A stretch of DNA of 64,000 nt from a candidate division FCPU426 bacterium (GTDB lineage Bacteria; Oederibacteriota; Muellerivitia; Muellerivitales; Muellerivitaceae), in NCBI GenBank assembly GCA_963771075.1, contig CAVYSE010000007.1, positions 192,001 through 256,000 on the forward strand, read 5' to 3'. The position numbers and the translations under genes are program-made. The notes below the pieces were generated by a model. It was not told where the DNA came from and made no database searches. It saw only the letters and a program-made list of their open reading frames with translations. This document shows positions 10,320-19,465 of this stretch, piece after piece; the stretch's first letter is position 1, and every line of letters starts with the position of its first letter.

Positions 10320-10330
10320 GGCCTGACCCC
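10320..10330 (-). repeat. Boundary motif variant B1 (GGGGTCAGGCC on the minus strand)
   Basis: 10/11 match to 12473-12483. Lies 7 bp beyond the ParB-like stop and is inverted relative to A1. Confidence 0.5.
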
Positions 10331-10337
10331 GAATTCG

Positions 10338-11945
10338 CTAGAGCCCATAGGCCAGGCCCACCACCAAGGCGATTCCCACCACGCCCTGGGCTATTTTCTT
10401 GGCGGGCTTGCCCACCACCTCCCCCAAGAGCCTCAGGGTGGCGTTCAAGGCCTTTTTCAGGTGTCGCCCAACCCAGCCGATGGACTTCTTGGCCGGGGGC
10501 CAGGTTGTATGCCAAGTCCAATGCAAGATCCGGCCAAAGAAGGCCGCCACCAAGAACAGCTTTTCCCAGAGGGTGAGGTCTTGCCTCGCTTTGATCTTGG
10601 CCCGGATGGCCTTGATCCAGGGGATGCCAGCCATGGTGCCCCAAAACACCGACTGGTCGTCGCTCTCAAGGCGACGGCCATGACCTGTCTGTGCCGATAC
10701 CATAGAGGTATCGGTGCGAGACTCACCAGGTTCTGTTTTAGATCCTGGATGGATTGTTTCTGCCGTATCGGATGGGGCTGTTTCCCCCGGCAATGGTTCG
10801 GACGGTTGGACCCCCTCGACTTTGGGGGAAGTGATTGGGGTTGGGTTGGGTTTTTCAGAATTGACAGGGGGGTGAGCTGATCGGGCACCTGGGTCCGTCT
10901 GGGTGGATTGTGTACCCATACCTTGTTTGGGTTTGGGTACACCCACGGCATGTCCCTCACCTTGCGGGTTTGGAACAGGGGCTTTTAAGGCCTTTATGAA
11001 CACCGCTACCTTCTGGGGGGTGTAATCCTCAGGCCGGTAACCGGCCTTAATCCAATTGATGTAGTTCTTGACCTGGGATTCAGTCATCTGTTCATCAATA
11101 GCCATCTGGAGGGCCTGGTAAACCTTGTCTTGGGTTTCGGAGGGGATGGGGGGGTAGGGCCATAATTTGGGAGGTTCGAGACCCTCGGCTAGGGCTTTTT
11201 GTCTTGCCCCCGGTTTATTGGTAGATTCAGGACCTAAACCGCCCAATCGAGAGAAAGCAATTTCTGAATTTCCCTTATTTTTAGTGGCCGTATTACGGCC
11301 AATCAAATTCCTCGATTTTTCGCTTAAAAGTGGTAATAACCCCAGAGCCCGACTTATCTTTTCACGGTCAAAACCTAAACGATCCTTAATGCGCCTCGTT
11401 GTTGCGTACGGATTGGCCCGGATCAGGTTTTCGATGGCCTGGTAGTCGGCAAACCAGCCCTTATCTACCTTCTCGTTATCCTTGTGGGTGTAAACCGCCG
11501 CGTCTTCATCGTTTAGGACCTTAATTACGCCCCTAATTGTCGGCCATTCAAGTTTCTCGGCCCCAAGGGTACGCAGATGCCCCCCCAAGATCTCAAAGTT
11601 GAAGTCATCCAGCTTCCAGGGCCTAATCACCTGGACCGAAGCCTCAAGCTGAGGTCCACTCTTTAGTTGAGCCGGTTCAATAGGTAAACCGGCAACCCCG
11701 AGGCTGGGGTCCGTAGGATGAAGCTGAACCCCATTCACCAGGGGCTGGGTGGGGTGGGGGCGGACCGTTATGGCATTCAAAAGGCCGTTTTCTTTCAGGT
11801 CCTCCGCCATCTTATCGATCTGTTCTTGGGTAAAGGCGGGCCCTGGATTGTAGGGGTTAGGCTTGATGTTTTTGAGGGGAATTGGTTGTTCGCCAGGGAA
11901 CAACTCAGGCAAAAGAGCTAATACATCTTCGATAGAAACGGACAC
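10338..11945 (-). CDS. ParB/Srx N-terminal-domain protein with HTH, Pro-rich linker and C-terminal hydrophobic helices (possibly truncated)
   Basis: IKPNPYNP...GLLNAITVRP...FEILGGHLR ParB motifs; HTH TTRRIKDRLGFDREKISRAL; terminal GVVGIALVVGLAYGL. Confidence 0.75.
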   Translation of the reverse strand: MSVSIEDVLALLPELFPGEQPIPLKNIKPNPYNPGPAFTQEQIDKMAEDLKENGLLNAITVRPHPTQPLVNGVQLHPTDPSLGVAGLPIEPAQLKSGPQLEASVQVIRPWKLDDFNFEILGGHLRTLGAEKLEWPTIRGVIKVLNDEDAAVYTHKDNEKVDKGWFADYQAIENLIRANPYATTRRIKDRLGFDREKISRALGLLPLLSEKSRNLIGRNTATKNKGNSEIAFSRLGGLGPESTNKPGARQKALAEGLEPPKLWPYPPIPSETQDKVYQALQMAIDEQMTESQVKNYINWIKAGYRPEDYTPQKVAVFIKALKAPVPNPQGEGHAVGVPKPKQGMGTQSTQTDPGARSAHPPVNSEKPNPTPITSPKVEGVQPSEPLPGETAPSDTAETIHPGSKTEPGESRTDTSMVSAQTGHGRRLESDDQSVFWGTMAGIPWIKAIRAKIKARQDLTLWEKLFLVAAFFGRILHWTWHTTWPPAKKSIGWVGRHLKKALNATLRLLGEVVGKPAKKIAQGVVGIALVVGLAYGL

Positions 11946-11961
11946 AGGGGACTCCTAATAC

Positions 11962-12040
11962 CAGTCGATAGCCCGCAGTCCGCAGTCGACAGCCAGCCTT
12001 TAAGGCCTAACTGCCGACCGTCGACTGTCGACCGCCGACT
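11962..12040. repeat. Inverted array of degenerate 7-bp repeats (5 x CAGTCGA-like, spacer, 5 x TCGACTG-like)
   Basis: CAGTCGA TAGCCCG CAGTCCG CAGTCGA CAGCCAG / CTAACTG CCGACCG TCGACTG TCGACCG CCGACT. Confidence 0.75.
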
Positions 12041-12346
12041 TATGGGATTCTCCCCTGGGTTGAAAATAAATCGATCCCATTTTTGAATCAATTGGAAAAA
12101 CGTCTGAAAGCGAATTTTTGGGTGGGGAACAGGCCTAAAGTGTCAAAATCGGTCAATAATGTTGCGGTTTTTCTGCCGTTTATGGTCTGCGAACTGTCTC
12201 CTGCCTCGAACCTTCAAGGTGAGAGGCGTGGTTTGGTGATCCCAATTGCCATGAGCTATTGGGGCGAACTGTAAACTGATTTCCTGAAGGGCGCCAGGGA
12301 GATTCCAGGAGTACGATGATCAATGACTCCAGGGGAATGAACGGCT

Positions 12347-12375
12347 TAAAGTGTTGAATGTTGGCCAGGCGCCTT
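12347..12375 (-). repeat. Boundary motif copy A2
   Basis: TAAAGTGTTGAATGTTGGCCAGGCGCCTT is 26/29 identical to the reverse complement of 20125-20153. Confidence 0.8.
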
Positions 12376-12472
12376 TTTTCTTCTTCGGCCGTGGGGAACC
12401 GGATAGCGATAATAAAGAAGCGGATGGAGGGAGAGACGCGGTTCAAGGCCCGGATAGATAATATAAAATAAA

Positions 12473-12483
12473 GACCTGACCCC
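12473..12483 (-). repeat. Boundary motif variant B2 (GGGGTCAGGTC on the minus strand)
   Basis: 10/11 match to B1; immediately upstream of the Fic operator region. Confidence 0.5.
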
Positions 12484-12510
12484 AATGTTCTTGGTATTTT
12501 AGAAAGTTAT

Positions 12511-12580
12511 CTTTTAATAACGTTATTGATTATTAAAGGTTGAGTCGCTATCCTTTAATAACGAATCGGCTTATTAAAGG
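12511..12580 (+). promoter_or_regulatory. Tandem palindromic operator, 2 x CYTTTAATAA-N9-TTATTAAAGG with 41-bp period
   Basis: Sites at 12511-12539 and 12552-12580, directly upstream of the Fic start. Confidence 0.75.
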
Positions 12581-12592
12581 ATGGGTTTAAGG

Positions 12593-14101
12593 ATGAAAAG
12601 AAGCACCGGGTATTACGAAACATGCAGTACGGCGGGTGAAAGCTTCAAGGCTTTCATTCCATCGCCCCTTCCCCCCACCCCCCCTCTTGAGTGGACCCCC
12701 AAGCTCCATAGTCTCATGGAAAAGGCAAACCAAGCCGTAGGTCGATTGGATGGCTTGAGCCATTCATTACCTGATGTATCGATTTTTCTATATTCCTACA
12801 TTCGAAAGGAGGCCATCCTTTCCAGCCAGATCGAAGGTACACAATCCTCATTTTCGGATCTTCTTAAGTTTGAGGACAAAGAAACCCCCGGAGTTCCCTT
12901 GGATGATGTTCAAGAGGTTTCCAACTACGTCGCGGCCATGAATCATGGATTGAAAAGATTAAAGGACGGGTTTCCCCTGTCCCTACGCTTGATAAAAGAG
13001 ATTCATGAAATCCTTCTGACCAAAGGCAGGGGTAGCACAAAGATGCCCGGTGAATTTCGCCGGTCCCAAAATTGGGTCGGCGGTAGCCGCCCAGGAAACG
13101 CTTCTTATGTTCCTCCCCCTCCCAATGCAGTGCTAGCCTGTTTAGGGGACTTGGAAAAATTCCTGCATCAGCCCAAAGAGAGCGTGCCCGTATTGGTAAA
13201 AGCGGCACTCAGTCATGTCCAATTTGAAACAATCCATCCCTTTTTAGATGGAAACGGAAGGTTAGGTCGTTTACTCATCACCCTCTTGTTATGTGTCGAA
13301 GAGGTTTTGACAGAGCCTATCCTATATCTCAGTCTTTACTTCAAGACCCATCGAACCGAGTACTACGAAAGGCTCAGCGCGGTTCGGGCTAAAGGAGATT
13401 GGGAAGGTTGGTTGGAATTTTTCCTAAAGGGGGTTTCAGATACGGCTGAAACGGCCTCGGAAAGCGCACGACAAATCCTTCGGTTATTTGACAAGGACCA
13501 AGCCTCGATTGCAAAGTTAGGGCGAGCGTCAGAGTCCGCATTACGAGTGCATCATTTCATGCGGAAAAGACCGCTTGTCTCAATTGCGACAATAGCAGAA
13601 GGTTTAAAAATGACATTCCCTACCGTAAACACTTCATTAAAGCATCTTGTTAACCTGGACATTGTCGAAGAATCGACCGGCAGGAAGAGAAGCCGACTTT
13701 TTACATACACAGCTTTTCTTGAAATATTGAACAAAGGGACCGAACCAATTCTCTTTTCCGATTTTGGAAATATTCAAACAAAGCTTGAACCTGTCTTTTT
13801 CCATTTAGGAAAAAGGTTTAAATCGATGAAGTTTCCAATTTCAAAGCAAGATTATCGTTGGCACATCGACAGCATGAGCGACACTTTAGTACTCTGGGTC
13901 GATCAAAAGAATGGTTTGCAAACTTCTAAACAACCAATTGAAATTGAATATAGTTTTTTGATGGATGGAGGGTTTCTGACAGAAAACGGAATTTATCTAA
14001 AAGGAATTGAAGTGGCTTTCGACCGTTGGATTCCGCTCATAAAAGCATTTAAAAACAAAAAAATAACTTCGTCTTCAAAACCAAAGAAAAAAAATGCCTA
14101 A
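12593..14101 (+). CDS. Fic-family protein (N-terminal Fic_N, Fic domain, HTH) with an extra C-terminal segment of about 115 aa
   Basis: EAILSSQIEGTQ, PGEFRRSQNWVG, catalytic HPFLDGNGRLGR, wHTH-like region. Alternative ATG at 12581. Confidence 0.92.
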   Translation: MKRSTGYYETCSTAGESFKAFIPSPLPPTPPLEWTPKLHSLMEKANQAVGRLDGLSHSLPDVSIFLYSYIRKEAILSSQIEGTQSSFSDLLKFEDKETPGVPLDDVQEVSNYVAAMNHGLKRLKDGFPLSLRLIKEIHEILLTKGRGSTKMPGEFRRSQNWVGGSRPGNASYVPPPPNAVLACLGDLEKFLHQPKESVPVLVKAALSHVQFETIHPFLDGNGRLGRLLITLLLCVEEVLTEPILYLSLYFKTHRTEYYERLSAVRAKGDWEGWLEFFLKGVSDTAETASESARQILRLFDKDQASIAKLGRASESALRVHHFMRKRPLVSIATIAEGLKMTFPTVNTSLKHLVNLDIVEESTGRKRSRLFTYTAFLEILNKGTEPILFSDFGNIQTKLEPVFFHLGKRFKSMKFPISKQDYRWHIDSMSDTLVLWVDQKNGLQTSKQPIEIEYSFLMDGGFLTENGIYLKGIEVAFDRWIPLIKAFKNKKITSSSKPKKKNA

Positions 14102-15264
14102 TTATGATTTTAAATCCCTCTCAGACTACGAATTTGAGTTATTGGTCAGAGACCTTCTTCAGGAATATTTAAAGTTACCATTAGAAAACTTTACTCGCGG
14201 GCGCGATAAAGGAATCGATCTAAGATACAGTCGAAATAAGAAAAACAACATAATAGTCCAATGCAAACATTACAGTAGCTTTCCAAAATTAATTCATCAT
14301 CTTAAAAAAGAAGAAATTGATAAAGTCCGATTGTTAAATCCCGGACGTTATATCTTCGCAACCTCTTTAGGTTTAACCCCGTCAAACAAAGATGACATAG
14401 CGAATATTTTTCATCCCTACATTAAAAACTTTGATGATATTTTGGGCAACTCAGCATTAAATAAATTGTTGGGAATGTATTCCGATGTTGAAGAAAATAA
14501 TTTTAAACTTTGGCTTACTAGTAAAGCGGTTCTGGATAGAGTTCTAAAAAGTGATATTTTCGACAGAAGTAATATTGAAATAGAAAAAATTAAAACCAAA
14601 TTAAAACTCTACGTTCCCAATAAAAGTCTTCCCAAAGCCCAAAAAATACTTAAAAAATATCATTATTGCATTATTGCGGGCTTACCCGGAATTGGCAAAA
14701 CCACCTTGGCTCAAATCTTACTTATCAAATATTTGAAAAAAAAGTACAAGGTTGTAAAAGTATCCAAAAATATTGATCAAGCTTGGTCGGTCGTTAATTC
14801 TTCGGAAAAAATTATTTTTTATTACGATGATTTCCTCGGAACTTCTATCTTGGAAAATAAATTGAGCAAAAACGAGGATCGCGGGATTCTTGATCTAATC
14901 GATCACGTGAAAAGATCCAAAAACAAAAGATTTCTTCTCACCACAAGAGAATACATACTCAGTCGTTCAAAAGAGATTTACGAGAGTTTTGCCAATTCGG
15001 ATTTTGATAATAATAAATGTATTGTCGACCTGAGTGACTACACTTATTTCATTAGAGCAAATATATTTTATAACCACATTCTTTTTTCTAATGTTCCTGC
15101 GGAATTCAAAAAGTCAATTTTGAAGAATGATAATTATTTAAAAGTTATTAAGCATGAGAATTACAACCCTCGAATAATTGAATGGGTTACTGATTTTGAT
15201 CGGATAAAAAAAATTCCCGGAATAAACCCTAACAATTACTTCGAAAATGTGATGCATACTTTAT

Positions 15265-15824
15265 CAAAACTGCCAGAAAACCCCAGGCTTTTAAGCCTGG
15301 GGATGAATGGCTGCCCGGAGGGCCGACTGATTTTGTCGGTCCGCAGGCCAGGGGTTATGGCATGCTCTGGTGATGGGAAACTATTGGACTGGAGCACATA
15401 CCAAGCACCGACTGTTGTATCACTTGGTTTGGATACCCAAGTATAGGAAACGAATTCTACTGGGCAAAGTGGTTGTTCGCTTAGACGAACTATTTCGTGA
15501 AGCAGCCCACGTCAACCGGTGGGTAATTCGTGAGTTGAATATTCAACGGGACCATGTCCATATGCTGATTCAAGTTGAACCAAGGGTGAGCGTGGCAAAA
15601 GTAGTACAAGTTTTGAAAGGTGGGACGAGTATCAAAATAAGGCGGGAGTTTCCAGAACTGGAAGAGTTTTTGTGGGGTGATAGTTTTTGGGCGGACGGCT
15701 ACTTTGCGGAAAGTATTGGGACGGTGCAAGAAGAAATGATTCGTAAGTATATCCGCGAGCAACAGCGTGACCAGAGTATGCCGAAGGGCAGAAACCCCGG
15801 GCTTTAGCCCGGGGAGAGCTTCAT
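15265..15824 (+). mobile_element. IS200/IS605-family element carrying tnpA only (560 bp)
   Basis: Subterminal hairpins CCCCAGGCTT-TT-AAGCCTGGGG (15281-15302) and CCCCGGGCT-TT-AGCCCGGGG (15795-15814). Inserted 3' of TTTAT, ends in TTCAT, no target duplication. Junction is ambiguous by 1 nt. Confidence 0.92.
15373..15807 (+). CDS. tnpA: Y1 HUH transposase (IS200-like TnpA)
   Basis: YHLVWIPKYRK, DHVHM (HUH), LKGGTS, FWADGYF, catalytic YIREQ. Confidence 0.95.
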   Translation: MGNYWTGAHTKHRLLYHLVWIPKYRKRILLGKVVVRLDELFREAAHVNRWVIRELNIQRDHVHMLIQVEPRVSVAKVVQVLKGGTSIKIRREFPELEEFLWGDSFWADGYFAESIGTVQEEMIRKYIREQQRDQSMPKGRNPGL

Positions 15825-16997
15825 TGCATCCCCATGAAATTTGGAAACATCCTTTTGAGCAAATTTCCAGGGCTTCCAGAAATTTATTAATAACCTTGAC
15901 CACACTGCCCACTGAAGTTTATTTGGAAGATTTAGAAAATGCATTTTCCAAGTTCCATTTCAATCAGTCAAAAAAACATAGTTTTTCTACTTCCGATGAA
16001 GACTTTAATAAATCCCTCAAAGAACTTGAGGGTAATTTTATTAAAACATCAAAATATGATTCGGGAATAGTTGTTAAATTTTTTAATCCTTCTATCAATG
16101 ATTTTTTGGATAACTTTATAATTAGTCATAAAGCAACATATCTTTCATTGCTTGAGTCGTCTTTATTTTTTGAACAGATTGAAAAATTAATTTCTCTTTC
16201 TTTCACAAAAAACCCCTCCCTTTTCATTTATATCCAGACAACTTTCAACGCTTTCATCGGCGCAATAAATGAAACCATATTTTCAAAAGGTTGCAGATTG
16301 ATAAACGTTCGTTATTACAATAACAAAATGGATCTCAGACGCTATTCCGAGCCCTTAGAAGGAAGGTTGCTTTTCTTGTTACGTATGTTGCATGAAAAAA
16401 TAAACAGAGAGAATACAGAGCTATATTTATCTAATTTTCAAGAATGGACATGGAAATTAGTCGATGGTATTTCTATCGAAAAATATTCCAGACCAATATT
16501 AATTGGTCTGCTTAATTACATAAATAAAATTAAATTCGACTCCAAATTGAAGGATATTCTTTTTTACGAATCCAAAAAATATTTAAAACGTTTGGTCAAA
16601 GAAAGTCCTGAGATTGAATACTTTGAATTATTTTCTGAATTTGAAAAGAATTTTCCGGAGTACTTATCTCAAGAAGAACGCAAAGAATTGATTGGCAATT
16701 TTGAATCTTATTATGAACTAAATATTGAAAATTGGTTGCAAGGGGATAGCAGCGATCAAATGATGGATACCGCATCTAACTTGGAAAAAATAACAGAAAA
16801 TTTAAAAGTCACCCCGGACTATAGAATATCCGCTTTGGAAGAAGCGGCAGAAAAGATTATGAACGAAACATCCGAAGTGGAAGAAGAAAATGTTTCTATT
16901 TCAAAAGAGGCCGTTTCAAAAATAGAAGACGACGAAAAAATTAAAAATCTCTTCGACACATTAAATCTTCCTTCCTCAAAATAAGAGAAAAGATCAT

Positions 16998-17249
16998 ATG
17001 TCTAAAAAATCAAAACCAAATCCCAAAAATCTCGTTATAACCTATGCCAACCTCTGCCAAAGATTAACCTCTATCAATTCCCTACTTCCCGACCTAGAGA
17101 AGGTAATGCCTAAACTAAGGGAATACTTCAAGTGGACCAGGGAAAACTATAACCAAATGGACGCAGAAGCCAAGCGGACGGTCGGCGCGATTCCCCATTT
17201 GGAAGTGGAACTTTGGGTAGCCAAAATCTTTAATGAAAATATTAAATAA
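16998..17249 (+). CDS. Small hypothetical protein (83 aa)
   Basis: ATG 13 nt after the STAND gene stop, same strand; no recognisable motif. Confidence 0.55.
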   Translation: MSKKSKPNPKNLVITYANLCQRLTSINSLLPDLEKVMPKLREYFKWTRENYNQMDAEAKRTVGAIPHLEVELWVAKIFNENIK

Positions 17250-17260
17250 GCACCGAAGTC

Positions 17261-17605
17261 CTACTTAACCCGCATCAATGTCGAATGCTCCACAATCCAC
17301 TCATCCAACAACTGCTTAGGTATTAGGATCATGCGCCGCTTGTTTTCACTTTTAACCACCAGTTTGACGGCGGGAAAGTGGGTTTCCGGTTGGGTGTGTA
17401 TCCAGTCATAAACGGTTGAGGCAGGAATGCCGTATAGCCTTTCAATGTCGTTTGGGCGAAGAAGTATTGGGTTTTCACCCCGCAGTCCAAAAACAACATC
17501 ATGCGAAACAGGCTTTTCCCCAAATGGGAGGGTGTAAGTTGCCTGAATGGGTACATCTTCCGGGATTGAATTAGTAGTTCCTTTTTTCAAATGGATTCCT
17601 TTCAA
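17261..17605 (-). CDS. Excisionase/AlpA-like helix-turn-helix protein
   Basis: LLRPNDIERLYGIPASTVYDWI...FPAVKL...ILIPKQLLDEWI. Confidence 0.7.
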   Translation of the reverse strand: MKGIHLKKGTTNSIPEDVPIQATYTLPFGEKPVSHDVVFGLRGENPILLRPNDIERLYGIPASTVYDWIHTQPETHFPAVKLVVKSENKRRMILIPKQLLDEWIVEHSTLMRVK

Positions 17606-17858
17606 AGTATCTTTTTGGGGGGAAAGCCTCCCCCCTGGCCTCGGCTACCTTCGGTGATCCTCGACACACCCCTTTCCCCTGGGGCTTTGCCCCAAGCCTT
17701 TTTTACCGCACGTAAGAAATGACTGAAAGTTGGGCATTAATAACTCATAATTGGATTGAGTGGTGGGGAAAGGTCACTTTATTTCCAAGACATCTTGAGT
17801 GAAGCCTTGCCAAAGCCCCTTATTTTATTTATTTCCTTTTGAAAGTTGAGAGCGCTCA

Positions 17859-18107
17859 ATGGATAAAAATCAAAGAGTTGTGCTTTTTTCAACGTATATA
17901 TTGGTTCTCTTTGGAATTCTTTATTTTAATACCAAGCAATTTATACCTTCTGAGCAACACGAAGTAATTATCCTTTCTTCATTATTGATGCTTTCATTTA
18001 CCGTTTTATTTTTGGAGCATTTTTTTACACGACCGACAGATGTTTTGGCTTCCACAATCTCAATTTTGCTATTACTTGCCCCCATAAAAGCGCAACTGAG
18101 TAAATTT
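17859..18107 (+). pseudogene. N-terminal fragment of a multi-pass membrane protein, truncated by IS256
   Basis: Three hydrophobic segments and LEHFFTRPTDVLA; frame runs into the IS end at 18108. Confidence 0.7.
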
Positions 18108-19465
18108 GCCCGCGTCAAGAATTTGGGTGTAAATTTCCACGGGCGCCTGGATCAAGCAGCTTGAGCTTCTGTCTCCTTTCTTGAGGTGTGGACTTTAAGT
18201 CTATTCCATCTTTGTTGTTGGGCATCTGCCACTGCCCAAACCAATTTGGTTAATTCCAATTCATTTTGCATCATCCCCGCCGGCCTCAGCCTTCTCCTCA
18301 GCTCCAGATTGAACCTTTCTATGAGATTGCTGGAACGGGTGATGAGCCAGAACTTAGGGTCTTCCCGAAAAAATTGGGTGTAGGAGTCAAATTTTTCTGC
18401 CGTCATCTCCACGGCTTTGGGATAGGTCTTGGACCACCTGGCTTTGAGGCTTCCCAAGGCCACCAAGGCTTCTTCTCGGCTCTTGGCCCAATACACCGCC
18501 TTGAAATCCGCCATGAAGGCCTTTTGGTCCTTCCAGGCTACCCGGAAACGGACGTTCTTCATCTTGTGTACGACGCAAAGCTGGTGGGTTACTCCCAAGC
18601 GTTTTTCGACCGCCGCGATAATCCCGGCATGGGCGTCGGACACCACCATCCTCAAACTTTTCCTGTCCAAGCCTCGGTTCAACAGGTCTTCCAGCATGGC
18701 TTCCCAAGAAGCCTCGCTCTCCCGGTCTCCCACTAAGTACCCGAGAAAATGCCGTTTCAGGTTTCCGTCCACCCCGATAGCCACCAGTAAGGCTTGTTTT
18801 ACCCCTGTCTCCTGACGCCTGACCGTTAGGTAAAGCGCATCCAGGTACAGGTATCGGATCCCTTCGGGTAAGGGCCGCTTTTCCCATTCCCGCAACGTGG
18901 GTTCCAAGGCATTGGTCATCTGGCTAATGTGGCTGGCCGACCATTTCGTTCCAAAGGCCTCGTTCATCCCTGCCGCTACCGACCGGGTAGAAGCCCCTTT
19001 CAGCCAGAAATTCATTCCCAGATAACTCATCAGGGCTTGGCTGCCTTCCCTCAAGGCCTTCAAAGTCTCGGAAACGAACCCTTTGCCCTTCCTCAAAACA
19101 GGCTTTCTCAATGCCAACCGGCCTAGAAATCCAGGCACGAAAACCTGTTTGAAACCATTACGGTAACGAGGTTTTTCCTGCCTTTCGTAGGGTTGACTAC
19201 CTAAGAACTCGTCCCGTTCCTTCTCCAACTGGGCATTGAAGGCCTCGGATAGCTGTTGGTTGAGAGCCTCCCCGACCCATTGGCCGATCTCCCGGCTCCC
19301 GACCGCCGACTTGACCATGGCTTGGGTTTTCTCCCTTGCCAAGGCCTGCAAGGCTAGGTGTATATTCTTCATGGGCGTAACGTCCTTTCACTAAAAGGAT
19401 ATGGTGTCCTGAACAAACACCATGTTACGCCCGCTTCCTTTTACACCCTCCTAATTTACGCGGCC
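18108..19465 (-). mobile_element. IS256-family insertion sequence (1358 bp)
   Basis: Imperfect terminal IRs GCCCGCGTCAAGAATTTGGGTGTAAA and (revcomp) GGCCGCGTAAATTAGGAGGGTGTAAA. No flanking direct repeat (GTAAATTT vs GACTGTTT). Confidence 0.88.
18152..19372 (-). CDS. IS256/Mutator-family DDE transposase
   Basis: YRNG, YLYLDA, VVSDAHAG, QLCVVHK, RSSNLIERFNLELRRR. Confidence 0.95.
   Translation of the reverse strand: MKNIHLALQALAREKTQAMVKSAVGSREIGQWVGEALNQQLSEAFNAQLEKERDEFLGSQPYERQEKPRYRNGFKQVFVPGFLGRLALRKPVLRKGKGFVSETLKALREGSQALMSYLGMNFWLKGASTRSVAAGMNEAFGTKWSASHISQMTNALEPTLREWEKRPLPEGIRYLYLDALYLTVRRQETGVKQALLVAIGVDGNLKRHFLGYLVGDRESEASWEAMLEDLLNRGLDRKSLRMVVSDAHAGIIAAVEKRLGVTHQLCVVHKMKNVRFRVAWKDQKAFMADFKAVYWAKSREEALVALGSLKARWSKTYPKAVEMTAEKFDSYTQFFREDPKFWLITRSSNLIERFNLELRRRLRPAGMMQNELELTKLVWAVADAQQQRWNRLKVHTSRKETEAQAA

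Larger units (their letters stand above)
14094..16984 (+). pseudogene. Mrr-like restriction endonuclease fused to a STAND-type (nSTAND3-like) P-loop NTPase, interrupted by an IS200-type element; 776 aa when rejoined
   Basis: LSDYEFE.LV.DLL, GRDKGIDL...VQCKHY nuclease; Walker A GLPGIGKT, Walker B FYYDDFLG, LTTREY. Removing 15265-15824 gives in-frame ...MHTLLHPHEIWKHPFEQ. AT-rich. Confidence 0.85.

Noticed and set aside
12180..12485. 101-aa minus-strand ORF
   Set aside because: Spans two boundary motifs, has no RBS or recognisable motif, and is probably non-coding.
15808..15824. TnpB/IscB or omega-RNA system in the IS200/605 element
   Set aside because: The element ends 17 bp after the tnpA stop, leaving no room for a nuclease gene.
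15767..16984. 405-aa ORF as an independent gene
   Set aside because: Its first codons come from the IS200 right end. It is the 3' half of the interrupted nuclease-NTPase.
19358..19465. N-terminus of the 252-aa ORF
   Set aside because: Lies within the IS256 end; only 19466-20116 is host-gene derived.
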